Positions 1 to 7,617 of a stretch of DNA of 41,908 nucleotides are shown piece after piece (the stretch's first letter is position 1; each line of letters starts with the position of its first letter). The position numbers and the translations under genes were made by a program. This DNA is from a virus, in IMG/VR virus record IMGVR_UViG_3300024265_000023, positions 1 to 41,908 of that record, one strand, 5' to 3'. The notes under the pieces were generated by a model that was given only the letters and a program-made list of their open reading frames with translations, ran no database searches and was not told where the DNA came from.

Positions 1-189
1 ATCACCAGATGAACCGATCTGAGCAGAATCACCAGATGAACCGATCTTAGCATAATAACCAGATGAACCGATCTTAGCAGAATCACCAGATGAACCGATC
101 TTAGCAGAATCACCAGATGAACCGATCTGAGCAGAATCACCAGATGAACCGATCTGAGCATAATCACCAGATGAACCGATCTGAGCATA
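1..189. repeat. Seven units of a 27-bp tandem repeat, atNaccagatgaaccgatctNagcaNa; same array as 41414-41908
   Basis: Direct reading shows perfect 27-nt periodicity, with only three biallelic positions per unit. Confidence 0.95.
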
Positions 190-540
190 ATTTTTTTCTT
201 GATCGTTTTGGAATTTATCTTTACATAGATCAATTAAAAATTTAACCATAGATTTAACGAACCCGCTTAAACCAAGTTTGATTCCTATCTTTATTTTTGT
301 GGTACATCTTTTTGAATCACCATCTTTTTGTTTGTCAATTTCTCCGACAGCCTCAACCAAATGGAATTCACTGTCATGGATGTTATAATAATTTAAGACG
401 TCAAACGGATCTTTGCAAAAATGAAAACCTGCTTTGCAAATAACAGCATTGTTTTCTTCGTAAGTTTTCCCTTCTTCGAATTTAAAACCATTACAAGTCA
501 TATCTTTGTTTAATGCCTTAAAACCCTTATTTTTTTCCAT
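1..540 (-). CDS. 5' part of a split repeat-protein gene. A globular N-terminal domain of about 117 aa (resembles the DUF7666 family, from memory) is followed by 9-aa tandem repeats. The gene runs off base 1 and resumes at 41908.
   Basis: ATG at 540-538 (complement) follows GGAG. Hand translation gives MEKNKGFKALNKDMTCNGFKFEEGKTYEENNAVICKAGFHFCKDPFDVLNYYNIHDSEFHLVEAVGEIDK...NYAQIGSSGDYAQIGSSGD, with no stop down to base 1. The frame is continuous with the window-end part. Confidence 0.75.
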   Translation of the reverse strand, partial: MEKNKGFKALNKDMTCNGFKFEEGKTYEENNAVICKAGFHFCKDPFDVLNYYNIHDSEFHLVEAVGEIDKQKDGDSKRCTTKIKIGIKLGLSGFVKSMVKFLIDLCKDKFQNDQEKNYAQIGSSGDYAQIGSSGDSAQIGSSGDSAKIGSSGDSAKIGSSGYYAKIGSSGDSAQIGSSGD

Positions 541-600
541 TGATTAACTCCTTTCTATAGTTTCATGATCAAGGATAATATAACTATGTGAATTAAAATT

Positions 601-723
601 TTATTCAATATCATCCTTTGCACACATCATATTTGTGACTGTAATCACAACTATACATACTAAATGCGTATATGCATAAAAACAAAACCAAAATTCACCG
701 CCTAATGCTTCTACAATAGTCAT
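601..723 (-). CDS. Small hydrophobic protein (40 aa), hypothetical
   Basis: Hand-found ORF, below the size cutoff of the ORF track. ATG at 723-721 follows GGAGAA. Sequence MTIVEALGGEFWFCFYAYTHLVCIVVITVTNMMCAKDDIE. Confidence 0.35.
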   Translation of the reverse strand: MTIVEALGGEFWFCFYAYTHLVCIVVITVTNMMCAKDDIE

Positions 724-763
724 CTTATTTTCTCCTTATAGTTTTATTATAATGTATAATGAA

Positions 764-1159
764 TCATTTATTTGGTTTTTTAAAACCTGATATTTCATGA
801 TATTGTTTTAACATTTCTGGCATGCTTTCGCCTGGGGAAAAACAGTATTCCAAGTCACTAAGGTTTAAATAAATTTCAGCGCACTTTTCACAATGGTAGT
901 GATTAGCTATTCTAATTGGGGGCTCTTCATTACAATCAGGATCAGCACCGATTATTCTTGCCTCAGTCTCATTATAAGGATATCTGTATCGGGCATGTTT
1001 AAGGCAAAGAGAATCAATGTCAATTAAGTTATTACAACTACAGCACCTTTTTCGCCTTGATGTTTTTAACTTCTCAAAGTCGGCGCCAGAATCTTCATAC
1101 CAATACGTCCAATCACCAAACTCAAAGTCATCTTCCATGTCGCATTCACATGATAACAT
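764..1159 (-). CDS. Cys-rich hypothetical protein (131 aa)
   Basis: ORF track. GGAG-type RBS upstream (ggagtaaataaaATG). Motifs CCSC...C and CEKC suggest zinc binding. Confidence 0.7.
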   Translation of the reverse strand: MLSCECDMEDDFEFGDWTYWYEDSGADFEKLKTSRRKRCCSCNNLIDIDSLCLKHARYRYPYNETEARIIGADPDCNEEPPIRIANHYHCEKCAEIYLNLSDLEYCFSPGESMPEMLKQYHEISGFKKPNK

Positions 1160-1211
1160 TTTATTTACTCCTTTCTCTATCTGGTGTCATTATAGTTAAT
1201 AATGTACTCGT

Positions 1212-1862
1212 TTAAAATAACTTTTTAAGGGTGTCCCCAATATATTCTGTATATGCCGGCGGTATTGCCTGGCACATTTCGTCCCGTGACATCCAGCCAA
1301 TATCCATTGCAATTGCCGCTTCATCACGATACAACATCCTGTGCTTTTTTGAATGCCCTCCATGGCCATATACACCAACAGCAGGCCCTTGATGAATACA
1401 TTTTGGCTGAATAACTGGAAAGGATGTTTCAAAAATTCTATGGCGTCTTAAATATCCACGATCTACACCCAACCCGAACATTGAACCACAAAGAACAACC
1501 CCATGATTTCCAAAAAGATCTGAATATTTATGAAGTGGAGACCCTTCCACATTTTCAATAATATATTGTTTTCCTAATTTTTTTAGTATTACCCTGGTTG
1601 GCTCTATAAGCATTGGATATATTTTCCCGGGGTGCATTGCTTTTAATTTTGAATAACCTTGGCATGGTGGGCTTGCGTGTATTACATCAAATAGATGTCC
1701 ATTTTGTTTAAGATACTCCAAAGCATCAGATTGGATAAACTCGTGTGGATTGTTATTCTGATTTTCAATATCAATGCCTGTCACCTCAAAACCTGCACGG
1801 GCATATCCTTCTCCAGCACCACCAGCTTTGCAAAAAAGGTCAAGAAGTTTTAGTTTTTTCAT
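1212..1862 (-). CDS. dcm: Short phage-type DNA (cytosine-5) methyltransferase
   Basis: Motif I DLFCKAGGAGEGY, motif IV SPPCQGYS, motif VI ENV, RRHRIF (motif VIII-like), QAIPPAY (motif X-like). Confidence 0.85.
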   Translation of the reverse strand: MKKLKLLDLFCKAGGAGEGYARAGFEVTGIDIENQNNNPHEFIQSDALEYLKQNGHLFDVIHASPPCQGYSKLKAMHPGKIYPMLIEPTRVILKKLGKQYIIENVEGSPLHKYSDLFGNHGVVLCGSMFGLGVDRGYLRRHRIFETSFPVIQPKCIHQGPAVGVYGHGGHSKKHRMLYRDEAAIAMDIGWMSRDEMCQAIPPAYTEYIGDTLKKLF

Positions 1863-1928
1863 ATTACCCTAAGTTCCTGTTTTTATTCAATCCGACTGTC
1901 CACATGATTATTCATAATGAATCCATAT

Positions 1929-2041
1929 AATGGCCCGGTTGAGGTGCGGGCTGTATTTGCCAGCTCCAACCGGATTGTTCTGCTGCGCTGTGCAATGTTT
2001 CACTCAACCGGGCCATTCATGCTGGAGCGCAGCGACAGCAT
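1929..2041 (-). ncRNA. GC-rich structured repeat element, copy A (113 nt), candidate cis-regulatory or processing RNA, or ncRNA
   Basis: Identical base for base to 2579-2691. A 15-bp perfect long-range helix (AATGGCCCGGTTGAG / CTCAACCGGGCCATT) forms in the minus sense. Intergenic; ends 66 nt before the methyltransferase ATG. The strand is assumed from the surrounding genes. Confidence 0.5.
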
Positions 2042-2088
2042 AACGAATTCACTCGCGTAGCGTAGCGAAGACGATGTGCAATGATTTA

Positions 2089-2232
2089 TTATGTGTTTAA
2101 TTCAGCAAGTCTTACTATTGCTGATTCCTTAGTATTCCATCTTTCATAAAACATATGGAAGAATAGAAACTTTTGATAAATCATGTAATACCATTCTCCG
2201 CCCATAATTTCATATCTTATATAATATTTCAT
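2089..2232 (-). CDS. Small hypothetical protein (47 aa)
   Basis: Hand-found ORF. ATG at 2232-2230 follows GAGG. Sequence MKYYIRYEIMGGEWYYMIYQKFLFFHMFYERWNTKESAIVRLAELNT. Confidence 0.35.
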   Translation of the reverse strand: MKYYIRYEIMGGEWYYMIYQKFLFFHMFYERWNTKESAIVRLAELNT

Positions 2233-2328
2233 TTTACCTCACATAATTATTAAATTCACCATTGCGCTTTTCATACCGCAACCGCCTTGTCTATGGCATC
2301 CCTGATAATGACGTAAATCAGTCATGGG

Positions 2329-2568
2329 TTAAAAGCAGTTATTACATCGCCAAGCGTTATGCCAATCTTTCGGGTCATATTCTTTGCTACAGGCAGAACA
2401 CCTTAACCCATTGATCTGCATTGCAGTATTGGACGGCCATTTATAAGAATAAACGCCTGGATTGCGTACAAAAGTTCTAAGTGTTCCGCATTTTTTACAC
2501 CAGTCGTTATCAGCAAATGGTAATATTCCAATCCATTCATGTTTACATTTACGTTCAATTTTTTTCAT
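2329..2568 (-). CDS. Cys-rich zinc-ribbon-like protein (79 aa)
   Basis: Start moved to MKKIERKCKHEW (ATG 2568) because GGAG lies 6 nt upstream and the longer version would read through the GC-rich repeat. Motifs CKKC and CSAC...CNNC. Confidence 0.7.
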   Translation of the reverse strand: MKKIERKCKHEWIGILPFADNDWCKKCGTLRTFVRNPGVYSYKWPSNTAMQINGLRCSACSKEYDPKDWHNAWRCNNCF

Positions 2569-2578
2569 AGTCCGCTCC

Positions 2579-2691
2579 AATGGCCCGGTTGAGGTGCGGG
2601 CTGTATTTGCCAGCTCCAACCGGATTGTTCTGCTGCGCTGTGCAATGTTTCACTCAACCGGGCCATTCATGCTGGAGCGCAGCGACAGCAT
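2579..2691 (-). ncRNA. GC-rich structured repeat element, copy B (113 nt)
   Basis: Identical to 1929-2041, offset exactly 650 bp. Its 3' end (minus sense) abuts the GGAG RBS of the gene at 2568. Confidence 0.5.
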
Positions 2692-2779
2692 GAATAAGGA
2701 GTTATGCAGTTCATGCGCGTATATAAGAGCACGCTCTTTTCTGAATCCGCATTAACCTTTTTTGTTAATATTTTTGGTG

Positions 2780-2974
2780 TCATGATTGCTTATAATGTTT
2801 GATTGCCAATATTTTTTTGCCAATAGGATCATCAAACTGATCAACCAGAAAACAATTAAAGAGATACAATAGCATCCCGAATATTAAAAAGTTCCATGGT
2901 GTAGGCCCCAAAAAAAGAATTCCTATTAAAGAATAAAGAAAAAGCAGGATGGTGATAATATTAATAATTTTCAT
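2780..2974 (-). CDS. Small membrane protein (64 aa, two hydrophobic segments)
   Basis: ORF track. Sequence MKIINIITILLFLYSLIGILFLG...FLIFGMLLYLF. Confidence 0.6.
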   Translation of the reverse strand: MKIINIITILLFLYSLIGILFLGPTPWNFLIFGMLLYLFNCFLVDQFDDPIGKKILAIKHYKQS

Positions 2975-2987
2975 ACGGTCCCCCAGG

Positions 2988-3362
2988 TTATTTTTCTTTT
3001 AAATAATCTTCAATTAATCCCATTGTTACGGCAGATGGTTCACGACTGTGTTTTTCTAAATGATGATGCAGTATATAGATCATTGTTTTTTTAGGATCAA
3101 TTGAGCATGAATATTCCGGAAGATTTTCAAAAACAACATCTAATGAATCTATCTTGAATTCATCATTACAATACTTAAATAATCTGGCCATAATAAATTT
3201 TTTAAAATCTTCCTTTAAAATATTTTTAAAGAATTTAGAGGAATATGTTACACACATGAAATTATCTTGATCTGATTTGCCAAAATTGCAATAAGGCTGA
3301 TCTTCTAAAAAATTGCAGTAATCAGCATAATTATTATTTTTTTGTATTGATTCATCGTCCAT
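2988..3362 (-). CDS. Hypothetical protein (124 aa)
   Basis: ORF track. Start moved to ATG 3362 (MDDESIQ), which has GGAG 7 nt upstream. Confidence 0.6.
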   Translation of the reverse strand: MDDESIQKNNNYADYCNFLEDQPYCNFGKSDQDNFMCVTYSSKFFKNILKEDFKKFIMARLFKYCNDEFKIDSLDVVFENLPEYSCSIDPKKTMIYILHHHLEKHSREPSAVTMGLIEDYLKEK

Positions 3363-3376
3363 TGTCGGTCTCCTTA

Positions 3377-4114
3377 TTATTTTCTGTAACTTTCCCAATT
3401 AAAGGCTAAAATAACCCCGCCTGCATCCCTTATTCTATCGAAAGCCCTTTCTCCCACATAGTCTTTAAACTCGTTTTCCATCAGGTTTGATATAACGACA
3501 TTGGGTTTATTGTTCCTATATCTTCTGTCTATTATATCAAATAACAAACCAAGGTCTTTCTGTGTATTTTCATATGCGCCTATCTCATCAATAACCAATA
3601 AATCATGGCTGCAGTAATCAAACATTATTTTTGCTTCGGATTTTTTTGATGTTTTGTTATAGGTTGATTTGATATTGCTCAACATTTCAAATGCTGTGGT
3701 ATAAAAGACATTCAGACCATCAAATAAAAGCCTATCCAATAAAGTGCATGATAAATGAGTCTTACCCGTACCAGGCTTTCCAAAAAGTGCAAGGGATGTT
3801 CCTCTCTTCATCATTTTGGGAAATTTTTTATAATATGTAAAAATTGTTTGGTAGATGTTTTCAGAGGAAGGAGAAACAGTTACATCAAAATCTTTGAAAT
3901 TTAATCTTGAAAACTTAACAGGAATATTTGATAAAGGTATCTTTTCAAGAAATCTAATATATTTTTTTTGATATACATCTTCTTTCTTTTTTTTAATAAT
4001 ATTCTCAGAACATATGGGGCAGGGTGGTTTTATTGATTTTACTTTTCCACGATAAATAAATGGTTCAGCCAAATATTTTCCATGATCATTGCATATGTAT
4101 TCTTTTTTAATCAT
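3377..4114 (-). CDS. DnaC/IstB-like AAA+ helicase-loader ATPase
   Basis: Walker A GKPGTGKTH, Walker B LLVIDEIG, N-terminal CPIC zinc motif. An alternative upstream ATG at 4138 lacks an RBS. Confidence 0.8.
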   Translation of the reverse strand: MIKKEYICNDHGKYLAEPFIYRGKVKSIKPPCPICSENIIKKKKEDVYQKKYIRFLEKIPLSNIPVKFSRLNFKDFDVTVSPSSENIYQTIFTYYKKFPKMMKRGTSLALFGKPGTGKTHLSCTLLDRLLFDGLNVFYTTAFEMLSNIKSTYNKTSKKSEAKIMFDYCSHDLLVIDEIGAYENTQKDLGLLFDIIDRRYRNNKPNVVISNLMENEFKDYVGERAFDRIRDAGGVILAFNWESYRK

Positions 4115-4811
4115 CTTTTGACCCTGCTTTGTCCTCATTCATCCATGGGATATCTTCAATTGGTGTACCAATATAAACATTATCTTTAAAATGATCAGCG
4201 CCATCTATTTTATTTCGAACTTTATTTTTTGATTTAAACCAAACACTTTGCATTTTTTGCTTCCAATTTGAAACTTGTTTTCCTGTTGAATCGTGCCAGT
4301 CGGCTACATCATAATAATTAAATGCTTTTACTGCTATTTCAGTTTTATAAGAATTTTCATGAAAGTATAAAATTACATCTTCTTTTTTAGGAGGAATGAA
4401 AACTTTTTTTGCTTTGTTTTTTTTAATACCCTTTCCCTTAACTTTACTTGGTTTGGGTGTAGTCTGTGGTGTAGTCTGTGGTGTAGTCTGTGGTGTAGTC
4501 TGTGGTGTAGTATCTAACCACCCAATAAATAACAAGCTGTATTCATTGGGTTTTATTCTATTACCAGATTTAACTTTTATTACCTTTTTTTTTGATAATT
4601 TTTTGATATTCTCAATAATTGTTTTACGGGCCAATCCCGTGCAGCAAGAAAGGGTTGTTAATCCTGGGAAGCATCTTTTTGTTTTTCTGTTATAAAATCT
4701 CATAAAAGCTATCAATAATAATTTTTCGGAACTTGATAAATAATCAAGATCAAAAATAAGATCTATTAATTGATAGATAGGGAATATTTCATTCCCATTC
4801 TTATCAATCAT
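4107..4811 (-). CDS. Replication initiation/organiser protein with an N-terminal winged-HTH, a (TTPQ)5 linker and a C-terminal DnaD-like region
   Basis: The N-terminus LSSSEKLLLIAFMRFYNRKTKRCFPGLTTLSCCTGLARKTIIENIKKL is typical of phage replication HTH proteins. The gene lies directly upstream of the DnaC-like loader. Confidence 0.65.
   Translation of the reverse strand: MIDKNGNEIFPIYQLIDLIFDLDYLSSSEKLLLIAFMRFYNRKTKRCFPGLTTLSCCTGLARKTIIENIKKLSKKKVIKVKSGNRIKPNEYSLLFIGWLDTTPQTTPQTTPQTTPQTTPKPSKVKGKGIKKNKAKKVFIPPKKEDVILYFHENSYKTEIAVKAFNYYDVADWHDSTGKQVSNWKQKMQSVWFKSKNKVRNKIDGADHFKDNVYIGTPIEDIPWMNEDKAGSKDD
4456..4515. repeat. 12-bp direct repeat ggtgtagtctgt, four perfect units plus one degenerate unit
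   Basis: Read directly. Encodes TTPQ repeats on the minus strand and is flanked by A/T runs. Confidence 0.9.
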
Positions 4812-4816
4812 TTTTA

Positions 4817-5014
4817 TTAAACCTTTTTAGATGGTTCTCTTATCGCTTCCCTTGGAACTCCAATTTCTTGAAGCATCCGAACACCTACAGGGTTAATTGT
4901 ATGTTTTCCAGTAATCCAGTTGGATAAGGTTACATTTGTAATCTTAAGCTTTTTTACAACATCATCCCTTGTCATACCAAGTAATCTAATTTCTTTTGCA
5001 AGTTGCCTTTCCAT
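4817..5014 (-). CDS. Cro/CI-type HTH transcriptional regulator (65 aa)
   Basis: Sequence MTRDDVVKKLKITNVTLSNWITGKHT is a helix-turn-helix pattern. It is the first gene of the leftward operon at the divergent promoter region. Confidence 0.75.
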   Translation of the reverse strand: MERQLAKEIRLLGMTRDDVVKKLKITNVTLSNWITGKHTINPVGVRMLQEIGVPREAIREPSKKV

Positions 5015-5051
5015 ATGGTTCCTCTTTGTTAAAATTATCGTTTTCTATATC

Positions 5052-5078
5052 AATATACTAACACATTCTTTATGTCAA
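5052..5078 (-). promoter_or_regulatory. Candidate leftward sigma70-like promoter
   Basis: Minus-strand TTGACA (5078-5073), a 15-nt spacer, then TATATT (5057-5052). The spacer is shorter than optimal. Confidence 0.3.
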
Positions 5079-5101
5079 CATTATTTATTATTTATTTTTA
5101 C

Positions 5102-5130
5102 TTGACAACCTACAATTGATTTAATATTGT
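5102..5130 (+). promoter_or_regulatory. Candidate rightward sigma70-like promoter
   Basis: TTGACA (5102-5107), a 17-nt spacer, then TATTGT (5125-5130). AAAGGAGA RBS and ATG at 5160 follow. Confidence 0.5.
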
Positions 5131-5159
5131 GAATTATAAATAACCGAAAAGGAGAACTC

Positions 5160-5651
5160 ATGGCACATGCAATAGACAATGCAGCAAGTGCTGCATATAG
5201 AAATCATAAGATAAATAAAATCAGCATGATCAATTTAATATCAGATAAAGAAAAAGAAGCTTTTTTGAAAAAAAACTGCTTTAAATGCAAGGCATTTGAT
5301 ATTAAAATCACAAAATTTGCCTGCATAACTTATCAACGAATGGCAATTACAGCAAAGACCTATGAACCTACTCATAAGTGCCTGGGTTGCAAAAGGTTTA
5401 ATAAAAAAATGATCGGCAAACTTGAAAAAAAGAAATGTTTGTTAGAAGTAGAATTTCCCGGCTATTGTTCAGGTACAAAGGTTTTTATAAGGCCTGTGAA
5501 GATGTCATTCGCTGCCTGGAACAATAAAGTTTGTTGCTCCTCAAAATGTACACTTACTTTGAGTAATTTTAAAACAGCGGGTTATAAAAATATAAATGAT
5601 GTTTCTGAGCGAAGAAGGGAAAGCTCAATGGTCGTTGATTTGAGGGTATAA
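5160..5651 (+). CDS. Cys-rich hypothetical protein (163 aa)
   Basis: ORF track. Strong RBS. Motifs CFKC and CLGC. Confidence 0.7.
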   Translation: MAHAIDNAASAAYRNHKINKISMINLISDKEKEAFLKKNCFKCKAFDIKITKFACITYQRMAITAKTYEPTHKCLGCKRFNKKMIGKLEKKKCLLEVEFPGYCSGTKVFIRPVKMSFAAWNNKVCCSSKCTLTLSNFKTAGYKNINDVSERRRESSMVVDLRV

Positions 5652-5653
5652 AT

Positions 5654-6187
5654 ATGAATCGATTTTCAATAATAGGCGAGATCATAGACGTTTCAGAACT
5701 CAGGTATGCCGGCCCAAAGAAAGCACCGGTTATAACAGCAAGGTTTAAAACCGGTTCCTCCATATTAAAAGTAACCTATTGGGGCAAGAAAGCTGAAAAT
5801 CTTGAATCAAGATATTCAACGCCTGGGATGTGCGTTTCAGTTGTCGGGTGGTTAGATATCAATACGTGGGAATATAACGATACTACATATGCAGAACTCA
5901 AAGGAACGGCTGACAAATCATATCCAATAGAAATGAATATTGAATTGATGTCACAGGTTGAAATAATAGGATCGATTGCCAAGAATTATGGTGCTGGCAA
6001 TTATTTGGTTAAATCAACCAGTGAGACAAAAGCTAAAAAATTCATCTGTCAATATATCCCTTTCCATTGTGATTATAATTTTGATCCTGGTCAGATCGTG
6101 CATGTAATGGGATCACTCAGGGTTGATAGGTGTCAATCTAATATAGCCAGGCAAACAGTTGAGGCTGCCCGGGTGATACAATTTTAA
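5654..6187 (+). CDS. SSB-like ssDNA-binding protein with two OB-fold-like halves and no acidic C-terminal tail
   Basis: MNRFSIIGEIIDVSELRYAG...VTYWGKKAENLESRYSTPGMCVSVVGWLDINTWE follows the canonical SSB N-terminal pattern. Confidence 0.55.
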   Translation: MNRFSIIGEIIDVSELRYAGPKKAPVITARFKTGSSILKVTYWGKKAENLESRYSTPGMCVSVVGWLDINTWEYNDTTYAELKGTADKSYPIEMNIELMSQVEIIGSIAKNYGAGNYLVKSTSETKAKKFICQYIPFHCDYNFDPGQIVHVMGSLRVDRCQSNIARQTVEAARVIQF

Positions 6188-6201
6188 GAGATGGATAATA
6201 T

Positions 6202-6585
6202 ATGAATACCACAAGAAGAAATTTTTTAAAAATATCTGGTGTATTAGCAATATTACCTGCACTTAGTAAAATAGACATAATATCAGAATTTTCTCATAAG
6301 ATTAAATATATCAAACCACAATCAAGCCCTTTTAAAAACATAAATGTAAGGTTTCTTGGTAGACGTAAAGTTTTCAATCATTCATGTGTAGATGAATCAA
6401 ATCAATATATAGCAGATGTATATAATCTCAGACGATCCGTTAAAGGTGAAATGATTGAATGTTATGCATTTTTGGATGCTGAATTGGTTGACCTTGTACC
6501 CGACAAAAAAAAGTTTATTAAATATGAGTTAGTTTCTTACGCTGAATCTATAAATATTGCAGTTAAAAATAGATTCGGGATTTAA
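6202..6585 (+). CDS. Small exported protein with a twin-arginine (Tat) signal
   Basis: N-terminus MNTTRRNFLKISGVLAILPALS. Confidence 0.65.
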   Translation: MNTTRRNFLKISGVLAILPALSKIDIISEFSHKIKYIKPQSSPFKNINVRFLGRRKVFNHSCVDESNQYIADVYNLRRSVKGEMIECYAFLDAELVDLVPDKKKFIKYELVSYAESINIAVKNRFGI

Positions 6586-6595
6586 TGGGGGAAAT

Positions 6596-6862
6596 ATGAT
6601 AGCAAAATTTCATAAATGGACCAAGTTTCCAATAAATGTTGGTGAACCCCTTTGTTTTAAATTTGATATTAATGGCCTTACAATTATCAGCAGACCTAAA
6701 AAAAACGAAGATCACAATTGTTTTGCAGCTGAGTTTATTAAATCAGACACCGTTCAATTATTAAAAGTACATAGTCCTATTGGTATTTATTTGGCTCATA
6801 ATTATATTGATCTGGACACACCATACGTCTGTTGTGCAAGTTGTGGGGCCAAATTAAAATAG
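6596..6862 (+). CDS. Hypothetical protein (88 aa)
   Basis: ORF track. Start moved to ATG 6596 behind GGGGGA. C-terminal CCASC motif. Confidence 0.55.
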   Translation: MIAKFHKWTKFPINVGEPLCFKFDINGLTIISRPKKNEDHNCFAAEFIKSDTVQLLKVHSPIGIYLAHNYIDLDTPYVCCASCGAKLK

Positions 6863-7104
6863 TTACATTACACTTAATAATGTATCTGTTTCTGGTTCAC
6901 TTATCAAAGAATATCCGTAAAATGAAAAATAAACGATTCTGGTCATGGGCAAAAGTAACGCATTCCTTGAAAAGATTTGATCCAGGCGCTGCAAAATACC
7001 GACATAAATATGACATGCTTTTTGGATACGGTAAATTTATACGGGTCCGGCGGTACAAGGGACCTGGGGGAGAGATCAGGAGAACGGTTGAAATTGAAAT
7101 TTAA
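6832..7104 (+). CDS. Basic hypothetical protein; start uncertain (ATG 6880 or 6922 also possible)
   Basis: ORF track only. No convincing RBS at any candidate start. Confidence 0.35.
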   Translation: MCKLWGQIKIVTLHLIMYLFLVHLSKNIRKMKNKRFWSWAKVTHSLKRFDPGAAKYRHKYDMLFGYGKFIRVRRYKGPGGEIRRTVEIEI

Positions 7105-7124
7105 ATAATTTTAAAGGAGTCCTC

Positions 7125-7250
7125 ATGACTTGCGATAAATGCGGAAAACAAATGAAGCTTAAAAATTATCGTGAATATGGTATCCACACTATTTATTATT
7201 GGAAATGCAAGCATTGTGGCCATGAGAAACAAACCACTGAATCTAAATAG
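7125..7250 (+). CDS. Zinc-ribbon mini-protein (41 aa)
   Basis: Hand-found ORF. AAAGGAG RBS. Sequence MTCDKCGKQM...WKCKHCGHEKQ has two CxxC pairs. Confidence 0.6.
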   Translation: MTCDKCGKQMKLKNYREYGIHTIYYWKCKHCGHEKQTTESK

Positions 7251-7293
7251 ATTCATGATTCAGCATAATGTAACCATTTAGGGAGAATATATC

Positions 7294-7440
7294 ATGAAAA
7301 AAATAAAAAAAGAAAAGTTTGTGCCTGAAAAATACATTATCAGATGCCCTGAATGCTGTGAAAAAAATAGTTTTTATAAGGACATACCCGGAAAATTTGA
7401 ATGCTGGGCCTGTGATACTGAGTTTGAAGTGGAGGAATAG
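7294..7440 (+). CDS. Zinc-ribbon mini-protein (48 aa)
   Basis: Hand-found ORF. GGGAGA RBS. Motifs CPECC and CWAC. Confidence 0.6.
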   Translation: MKKIKKEKFVPEKYIIRCPECCEKNSFYKDIPGKFECWACDTEFEVEE

Positions 7441-7446
7441 ATTAAT

Positions 7447-7617
7447 ATGCCTGACTTCCCATACATATGGTTTTGGATAAAAAAACTCCCCGGGCGAAAG
7501 AATCAACCTTGCCGGATCCTGATAAGATCCAGGAGGATGAATTCAGCTTTGATTGAGTTTGAAGATGGATTTAAAGTTATCAGCAGTAGGCATGCTGTAA
7601 GGAGAAGAAAACTATGA
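7447..7617 (+). CDS. Small basic protein (56 aa), translationally coupled to the Gp37/Gp68 gene
   Basis: Hand-found ORF, MPDFPYIWFWIKKLPGRKNQPCRILIRSRRMNSALIEFEDGFKVISSRHAVRRRKL. Its stop overlaps the next ATG (ATGA at 7614-7617). Confidence 0.55.
   Translation: MPDFPYIWFWIKKLPGRKNQPCRILIRSRRMNSALIEFEDGFKVISSRHAVRRRKL

Noticed and set aside
1929-2041. tRNA, hammerhead or another known small ribozyme in the GC-rich element
   Set aside because: There is no cloverleaf and no GTTCGAAT-type T-loop. A GAAAC is present, but there is no CUGAUGA box or matching three-stem geometry. I could not match any riboswitch consensus by eye.
2241-2324. 28-aa minus-strand ORF (MTDLRHYQGCHRQGGCGMKSAMVNLIIM)
   Set aside because: It has no RBS, is very short and could not be assessed further. 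Left unannotated.
2329-2619. N-terminal extensions of track ORFs 2329-2619 and 40065-40388, and plus-strand ORFs 2462-2755, 1745-1930 and 40225-40425, crossing the GC-rich element
   Set aside because: The extensions lack an RBS, whereas internal ATGs have GGAG-type sites directly after the element. The plus-strand ORFs differ outside the shared element and are antisense to the operon. Their open frames are a by-product of the GC-rich repeat.
1929-2691. DGR template/variable repeat pair, because the head module looks BPP-1-like
   Set aside because: The two copies are 100 percent identical, with no adenine-specific mismatches. They are intergenic, and no reverse transcriptase gene is present in the genome.
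2731-2746. Inverted repeat AAGAGC-ac-GCTCTT downstream of the small membrane gene
   Set aside because: The 2-nt spacer cannot form an RNA hairpin. It could be a protein-binding site, but a single 6-bp inverted repeat is expected by chance in AT-rich DNA.
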